This document shows, piece after piece, positions 56,087-64,000 of a stretch of DNA of 64,000 bases. Origin of the DNA: the human T2T-CHM13v2.0 reference genome, Homo sapiens; the NCBI RefSeq assembly GCF_009914755.1, contig NC_060925.1. The stretch is one strand, 5' to 3'. The translations under genes and the position numbers were made by a program. Below the pieces are notes generated by a model. It made no database searches, was not told where the DNA came from, and was given only the letters and a program-made list of their open reading frames with translations. The stretch's first letter is position 1. Every line of letters starts with the position of its first letter.

Positions 56087-56631
56087 TGTCAGACACGTGT
56101 GAACCAGAGCAATTCTATCCTAAGTAGGAACTGGGTACAGTGAGGCTGAAACTTACCAGGCTGCATTCCCAGATGGTTAAGGCATTCTAAGTCACAGGAT
56201 GAGACAGGAGGTCAGCACAAAATACAGGTCATGAAGACCTTCCTGATAAAATAGGTTGCAGTAAAGGAGCTGGCCAAAACCTGCCAAAACCAAAATGGTG
56301 ACGAGCGTGACCTCTGGTCGTCCTCACTTCTACACTCCCACCAGCGCCATGACAGTTTACAAATGCCATGACAACGTACCCTATATGGTCCACAAAGGGG
56401 AGGCATGAATAATCTACCCCTTGTTTAGCATATTATCAAGAAATAACCATAAAAATGGGCAACCAGCAGCCCTTGGGGCTGCTCTGTCTATGGAGTAGCC
56501 ATTCTTTTATTCCTTTACTTTCTTAATAAACTTGCTTTCATTTTGCACTGCGGACTCGCCCTGAATTCTTTATTGCGTGAGATCCAAGAACCCTCTCTTG
56601 GGGGTCTGGATCGGGACCCTTTCCTGTAACA
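56087..56631 (+). mobile_element. MER41 solo LTR (MER41A-like)
   Basis: tgtcagacacgtgtgaaccagagcaa start; aataaacttgctttca; gagatccaagaaccctctcttggg...ctgtaaca end. Confidence 0.9.
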
Positions 56632-56639
56632 CTCCAGTA

Positions 56640-58150
56640 GGGTATTTTTCCTGATTAGCAGTTCGTGGTAGGCAAAATTTTTGAGGCCTTGATTATCTAA
56701 AATCCTTTTTTTCTCACACTTGGTTGTTAGTTTGGCTAAGTGAATAATAATCTAGGTTAGAAATACTTTTCTGTCAGAATATTGAACTCATTGCTCCATT
56801 GTCTTCCAAATTCCTGTGTTGCTTTTGAGAAGTCCAGATCTATTCTTATTCCTGATGTTTTATACATAACTGTTTTTTTTCTTACTGATATGTTTTGGTG
56901 GTCATCTGTTTTTATCAATTTTGCTGGACACTCGGGTTTCGATCTAGAAACTCACATCATTTAGTACTGAGAAATTTCACAAATGATTTCCTCATTTCTG
57001 TTTCTTCTTGCCTATTATTTTTATCTTGACCCTCCTAGATTGGTTTCTCAGTTTACCTTTTTCTTTTCCATCTTTTTGTCTTTTTGATCTATTTTCTTAA
57101 TTTTATCTTTTAATTATATTACTGCATTTTTTTCATTTCTGCTATTATGTTTTTAATATACAAAAGATCTTTTTAGCTCTGTAAGTGTTGCTTTTTATTA
57201 AAAAATATCTTATTTTTGTTTCCTGGATGCCATTTTTTCTTGTATCTGTCTCTTTGAGGATAACAGTGTTTTGTTTTTTCCCTGTATTGTTTGTGTCTCC
57301 TTCAAGTTGCCTTTTTCTGTGTCTCTCTTTTTTTTTTTTTATGTCTATATTCTTCTGCTAGAAGCTTTCTTTTGGTTCTGGTAATTCTTGTTGGTCTGCT
57401 TCAGATTAAGAATGGGAGATGAGAAAGCTTACTGGAGGATCTAAGTGTGAAGATGGACCTTGCCCATTTTAAGGGCTTTACTATAAGGTGACCTGGACCT
57501 GCTGTTTGTCGGGGGAACCCTTTTGTTAGTATCTTTAGTTCTTTTCTCTTGGGATGGTCTGATGCCCAGAGTGTTCTTCTAAATTGCCTGTCTGGAATGT
57601 AAAAGTCTAATTTTGAGAGTCAAATGGGAGTTGAAGAGACCTTTGGGGGAAGCTCATGTCTTAACATGTTTAGAGTAGCCTTTTCTCAACTGTGACAATT
57701 ACTCTTTTGTCCACCATTTATTTTACCCTCCCAGGAGAGCAAACCTCCATTCTTTTACCTGGGTTGGGAAGGGACATTTATCTATATAATGGGCGAGAGG
57801 ATCTTGGTACTCTGCCTCTTAAACAGATTTTATACTACCCCTCTTCTCCATTGAGAGCTACCTAGTACTGGCCTATCCCTGAACCTTTCAAGGATTCTGT
57901 GGTTTAAATTAGGTTGGTTCTTAGCTTTTCTCATTCTTAACCTAGGATTCTGTTACTCAGGCCTGCTAAGTCAGTTACCACTTGAACATGTTTCTTCTAG
58001 CTTTTAAACTTTTATTTACTTTTTATTTCCGTTCTCACTACTTTTGTGGGTCCATGTCTCTGTCTCTCCGTATATAAATTTATCTTTACTGTAGTTTAAG
58101 TGGGGTTTTGAAAGGAAGTGAAATTATATATGTTCAATCTACTGTTTTAA
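56640..58150 (-). mobile_element. Very old L1M ORF1/5' fragments
   Basis: T-rich degenerate L1 sequence such as ttgctccattgtcttcc..ttgcttttgagaagtc. Confidence 0.5.
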
Positions 58151-58289
58151 CCTAGTAGCTGCCATATATTTCTTAAAATGAAATTTGAATAAGGCATTAT
58201 GGAGCTCTTGGAGCAATTCCAGTTTTTTTTTGTAGGCCAGAGTTAGAGATCTTGGCCTTAGACAGATGGATCTAGCATTTGGCTTGACT

Positions 58290-58940
58290 TTATCTGACTA
58301 GATGTGACCCAAACTGAATTTCTCAGCTTCTTCCTCAAAGTTGTTCTTCTTTCAGAATTCCTAATCTCAGTAAATGAAACCTCTGTTCACCTTTTGACAA
58401 AAATGCAAATCAGCGGTGTCATTCCTCTGTTTAAAATTCTTCAGATGCTTCCCATTATTCATAGGATAAAAATCAACCTCCTTAACCTGGTTTATTGGGC
58501 TTTGCATGATCTTGCCCCAAACTTTTCACTAGCCTCCTATCTCTGCACTACTTCCTTGCTTTCCAAAACTGCTTCAGCCGTAGGGCCCCCCACCTTTCAG
58601 ATTGTTGAAGTAGGACCACCGTCTTCCTCAAGGGCTTTTACATCTGTGGTTCATTTGTCTGAAATGCTAATACATTTCCCTTCACCACCTACCATTCTTC
58701 CAGCTGTAATAATGCCCAAGCCTAAGTCTATTGCTTGTTGAATGTTCTCACAGCACCCTATACTGCTTTTTTGTAGTGTTTATCAGAATTATTTTAAATT
58801 AGTTATATACTGATTGTACAGTATTTGACCCCATTAAGTTGATGTTCCACAAGTCCAGTCACTAGATCCGTCTTGTTCATTGTTATATCCCGAGGCTTGA
58901 GTACAGTGCTTTACTTACAATAAACAAATACTCATTGAAC
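58290..58940 (+). mobile_element. L2 3' fragment
   Basis: ccaaactgaatttctc...cttgttcattgttatatccc...aataaacaaatactcattgaa. Confidence 0.7.
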
Positions 58941-59345
58941 TTAAAAATAAAGGAGAAGCTTTATTGATATGCTAGAAAAAAATCCCGGACTATACGTCAG
59001 AATAACTGAATTCTAAGATAGCTATGCTAGGTGTGTCACTTTGAGCAAATAATTATATAATTCTCAGCCTTATTTTATTTATGAATTAAGGAAGTGTGAT
59101 TTATTGATCTCTAAGATACCTTTTAACTCTACATTAAAGGACCCCCCCTTTCCCTTTCTATTCATTTCTTTTCCAGTTGGCTTTCATTTTTATTTTCCTA
59201 CTTGATACTCATAAATCATTTCTTCCTTATGTTCATTCTTTTTATTCTCTGTAATATGAATATATTCCTTGGTATTTGAACTCTCACTTTAGTTCAAGAT
59301 GGGCTTGAACTATATTTTCTTTTCTCAATTAAAATCCAACTATTT

Positions 59346-59643
<298 letters not shown>

Positions 59644-61284
59644 ATCCAAATATTTGCTGTAACGACTTGGAATTTTTTTAACCTTAAATTGACTATCCAG
59701 ATTAAAATATTACTAAAAGAACCCTGCACGTGTATTGTGGCCAAAAACATAAGTGCCACACAAATGTGGTTGGAGAATATAGACTTATTGTCCTGTATCA
59801 GCTATGTTCCCAATAGGATTGTATTTCATGATTATGTTAAGGGTTTTATGCAATCTTAATATCTTCTAAGATAATGGAAAAGGCTGCAAAAAGTAGGTTT
59901 GCCTAGGAAATTAGAAAAATTCTTACTTTGAAGAAAAGATATGTGATAAAGGCTAATGAGGCAAAAACCATAAACTTGGCCGTGGATATGTCCTCTTGTA
60001 CTGTGTGTATGACTTTTATAAAGAAAATTATGATAATGGTGTTAGTTTTAGAAAGCCTTGTAATTTGTTTAATTTTATTGCCTTATTTGCATTCATTATA
60101 TATCTTTAACAAATTATTGTTTATTTACCTTACAGTACAGGTTTGTAGTGTCGAAGGGAATGTAACTTGTGTCTGATGTATATACTATGTATAAACATAC
60201 CCACTAACAGGTTCACCAAATGTTAAACAATTTTGTATTGGCATTTTTAATTTAGAACTTTCTGATGGATTACGTATAGGGGTTTAAGAATACTTAATAT
60301 TTGGGGAAATTAATTTGGAGTTTTAGATGGGTTTGAACTAAATTTTCTTTTTCCATTTAAAAAATCATGGAATATAGGCTCCTGTTACATGAAAATTTGC
60401 CATCCAATGCATTTTCAGGAATGGATTAGATTTCGATAAGAGGGATGTTTTTCTATTTGTGTTGGCCGTATTAAAGAGAAAAACTAAATGCTGCTTCTTA
60501 CTGCTTTATAGCCTTGTATTGTAGGTGTTTGTTTCCTACCACTCACTTGAGGTCAGTGGTTTTTCATAAAAAGAAAGGTTTTTCACTGCTGATATGAGTC
60601 AGCTAAGTTGTGCTCATCGAATTGGGTTATCTAATTCCTAGTGAGTGACGGATAACATTCTTTAGAGATGCTTATATTATCACCTTGATAGTTTTCACTG
60701 TAAGCTCAGCGATTTGTGATTCAAATGGGTCTCAATTCAGAAAAGATGCATATGTAGCTCTGGATTCTATTGCACTTGATGCTATAAATAGAGGTAGAGC
60801 TATTAAAGATTTTTAGTGCTGCCATACTCTTGACAACTTTTATTTCTAATGTAGCCTGCCTTCTTCTGCTTTCTTAGGTAGAGAGGTGATATCACAGCAT
60901 TGGTTGTGTAACCAGTTGCTAAAAAGTCAGACACTAATTTCTCAATAGTGAAATTAGTGTCTGAGTTCACTCTTTTTCACCCTCTCCACAAAGAATCACA
61001 TTCCTTGAAAAGCTCTAATTCTTTTCCCACACCAGCTGCCCCTAAAGGAAAGTGATGCGATCCAATTCAAAAAGAGGCAAGCATGAGAATATATTAATAT
61101 AGGGAGAGATACTAAATATAACAAAAGGAATGTGCATTAAATGCTGTTTGAGATTAAGTCTTAGTGTAGTTCATTTTTCTGTCGGTAACAGAAACGAGAC
61201 ATGAAAATGATCTTGAGTTTTTATCGCTTAGTAATATAATACTATGGTCATATTTTAAGTGCCATGCTAGTTTTTCTTATGCTT

Positions 61285-61599
<315 letters not shown>

Positions 61600-61891
61600 T
61601 AAATTAGCACAATATTTATTTAAGAAAAAATTGTAGATAGGCTTTTATTTCCTTCAAAGGATTAGTATATAAGTGACCTATTTTATTTTGAATATTTTAT
61701 ATTTTTCTGTTTAAGAGGTTTAGTATGAACTGTAGATTATGACTGATCTATTGGGATTGAAGAACAGGCTGTGATGGACTGCCATTTCTCATCTTACTGC
61801 TGGCACCATTCATAAGACTCCATTCAGTTAACTAGGCCACATAGTTGCTTAAGCAGACTTGGCTTAATGTGGAAATTAAGGGACTTACCTC

Positions 61892-62045
61892 TTTTAAGAG
61901 ACTGGGTTGTGCTGTGTTGCCCCGGTTTGAATGCAGTGGCTATTGAGAGCACAGTCATGCACCCTACAGCTTTGATCTTCTGAGCTCAAGTGATCTCAGC
62001 TCCCAAGTAGCTGGGACTATAGAGGCATGCCCTGATATCCCAGCA
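61892..62045 (-). mobile_element. Old Alu monomer (FRAM/FAM-like)
   Basis: gctcaagtgatctcagctcccaagtagctgggacta; TSD-like ggacttac / ggacttat. Confidence 0.7.
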
Positions 62046-63210
62046 GGACTTATTTCTTCAAGTGCATATTTAAGAAGTGGAAGAAAACTATATGATCTGC
62101 TTTGTTTGCATTTCACGGCACGTGTGATCAGGACAGTGCAAACTGTTGTAGTGATGTGGAAGGGAGAAGCAAGGTAGAACTATCATAGGAATTGTTCCCC
62201 ATCCTTACCATCTTCTTAAAATAAGTAATGGCACCAAACTAAAATGAGCTCTTCTATAGAGAAGTGTTACCTTTATCAAATATCAAGTTGTCTGCCATAA
62301 ATAAGTCATGCCTTCAAGGAATTTATTACTTTTTTACCAGATAACTCACTCTGACCTGTGATAGAGCAGAGTTAGAACATTCATGCTGAACTGTGATGCA
62401 GCTGAGACTGAGAGGGAAGCAGCAGCAGAACTCTGCAAATGTTAGACTAAAGGAAATTACTCACCAGAGAGAAGTATCACATGTTATCTCTTTCCTGCTC
62501 TCTCCTTCTCTTAACAAGGGTGATAATGAGCATAGTGGATTTACTAACTAGACACCAGTGATCAAGTAGGTCGGAAATTAAGCCTTTGTAGTTGACAAGG
62601 AAACTAAAGTGGTTAGCTAAGGTTAAAAGACACAATATAAATTTATTTCGGCAAATAGTTGTGGTCTCATAGTAAATTTATGGTAATGTAAGGATTAAGA
62701 CTTGTATTTCCATGAAGGCAACCATTTCTGACCTAATGACTATATCTTAAACATATTGAATGATTACTTAGTATCCATATTACTCATCAAGGTACGAGGG
62801 TGGCCATATTTAAATCCACTGAGGCCATTTATTTGTATGAACTATAATATAATTTGCCAGCCCAAATGTTCATTGTGTGTCAGGACAAAGCAAAGTTCAC
62901 AGGTACTGTGTGTTGGGTGGTTATCAGTCTAAGAAAATTTTTGTTTGTTGTTCTGGAAATGTTATTTTCTGACATTTTGACAGAATATAGAGGGTGGGAA
63001 GGTAATGAAGGGATAAAATAAGTAAAATTAAACTTTACTTTAAGTGACCTGACTGGATTTTCCTTTCCTTTTGTACTTTAAGAATGAAAGAGAGTGACTT
63101 AGTTGATGGGAACTACACTAGGTCTTAAGCAGACAACATTAATACATTTATAAAATAATTTGAGCATAAATCTGCAGTATATTGTGGACTACTCCTCAAC
63201 CACATTACAA

Positions 63211-63375
63211 TTTTTTTGTTTTTTTTTTTGAGACAAGGTGTTATTCTGTTGCCCAGGCAGAGTACAGTGGTGTGATCATGGCCCACTGCAGCCTTGACTT
63301 CCTGGGCTCAAGTGATCCTCCTGCCTTAGCCTCCCAAACTGCTGGGGTTACAGGCATGAGCCACTGTGCCCAGCC
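63211..63375 (-). mobile_element. Chimeric Alu monomer (left-arm start, right-arm end)
   Basis: Right-arm sequence passes at gcctccc into aaactgctggggttacaggcatgagccac (left arm). Confidence 0.8.
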
Positions 63376-63565
63376 TGTTACAGTTATTGACATTGTTAAG
63401 AATCATCTCCACGTAACAACTCTAACATTATTTCTTCTATTATATCAGAAATTGTCTATAGAAGATAGCCATGTGTATGCCATATTTTTAAATCTGCATG
63501 TCAGGGGCAAGGATTTTATTGTTTATTAAAAAAATAAAGAACTGCCTTTTAAAAAATAGCTTGTT

Positions 63566-63920
<355 letters not shown>

Positions 63921-63957
63921 TTAAAACTGTTGTGAACATGTTGATGAAAAGAAAAAA

Positions 63958-64000
63958 TGCAATCCTCCCACCTCAGCTTCCCAAGTAGCTGGGACTACAG
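63958..64000 (-). mobile_element. Alu fragment at window edge
   Basis: gcaatcctcccacctcagcttcccaagtagctgggactacag. Confidence 0.8.

Noticed and set aside
56087-56631. MER41 as an interferon-gamma/STAT1 enhancer
   Set aside because: The segment carrying tandem GAS (TTCnnnGAA) motifs in MER41B appears absent here (aaaggggagg joins directly to catgaataat), as expected for MER41A.
58304-58741. 145-aa ORF
   Set aside because: Non-ATG (GTG) start, inside an L2 relic, no recognisable domain.

Overview
Primate, most likely human, genomic DNA. It is AT-rich, CpG-depleted and dominated by interspersed repeats (about 30 Alus, L1, L2, MIR, Tigger and several ERV/MaLR solo LTRs). I see no CpG island, RNA gene or exon of a gene I can name. 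The T-rich + strand and the mostly antisense L1s suggest the interior of one very large intron of a + strand gene. Nearly all ORFs in the track are repeat-derived or chance ORFs. The strongest signals are: (1) a ~5 kb almost repeat-free island (~18.5-23.4 kb) holding a 200-codon ORF (20012-20614) that looks like an alternative first coding exon, with an upstream in-frame stop, A at -3, splice donors just before the stop and two RSxSEP motifs; (2) a near full-length L1PA7/8-like LINE-1 (31270-37413, -) whose 5'UTR appears to have a splice-shaped deletion starting at the known ~+97 L1 splice donor, i.e. a spliced integrated retrotransposed element (SpIRE); (3) a solo HERV-H LTR7 with a perfect 5-bp TSD; (4) nested transposon stacks and fold-back hairpins. 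Subfamily names come from my recollection of consensus sequences, not a RepeatMasker run, and old-repeat boundaries are approximate. I found no evidence of a wholly new multi-gene system.
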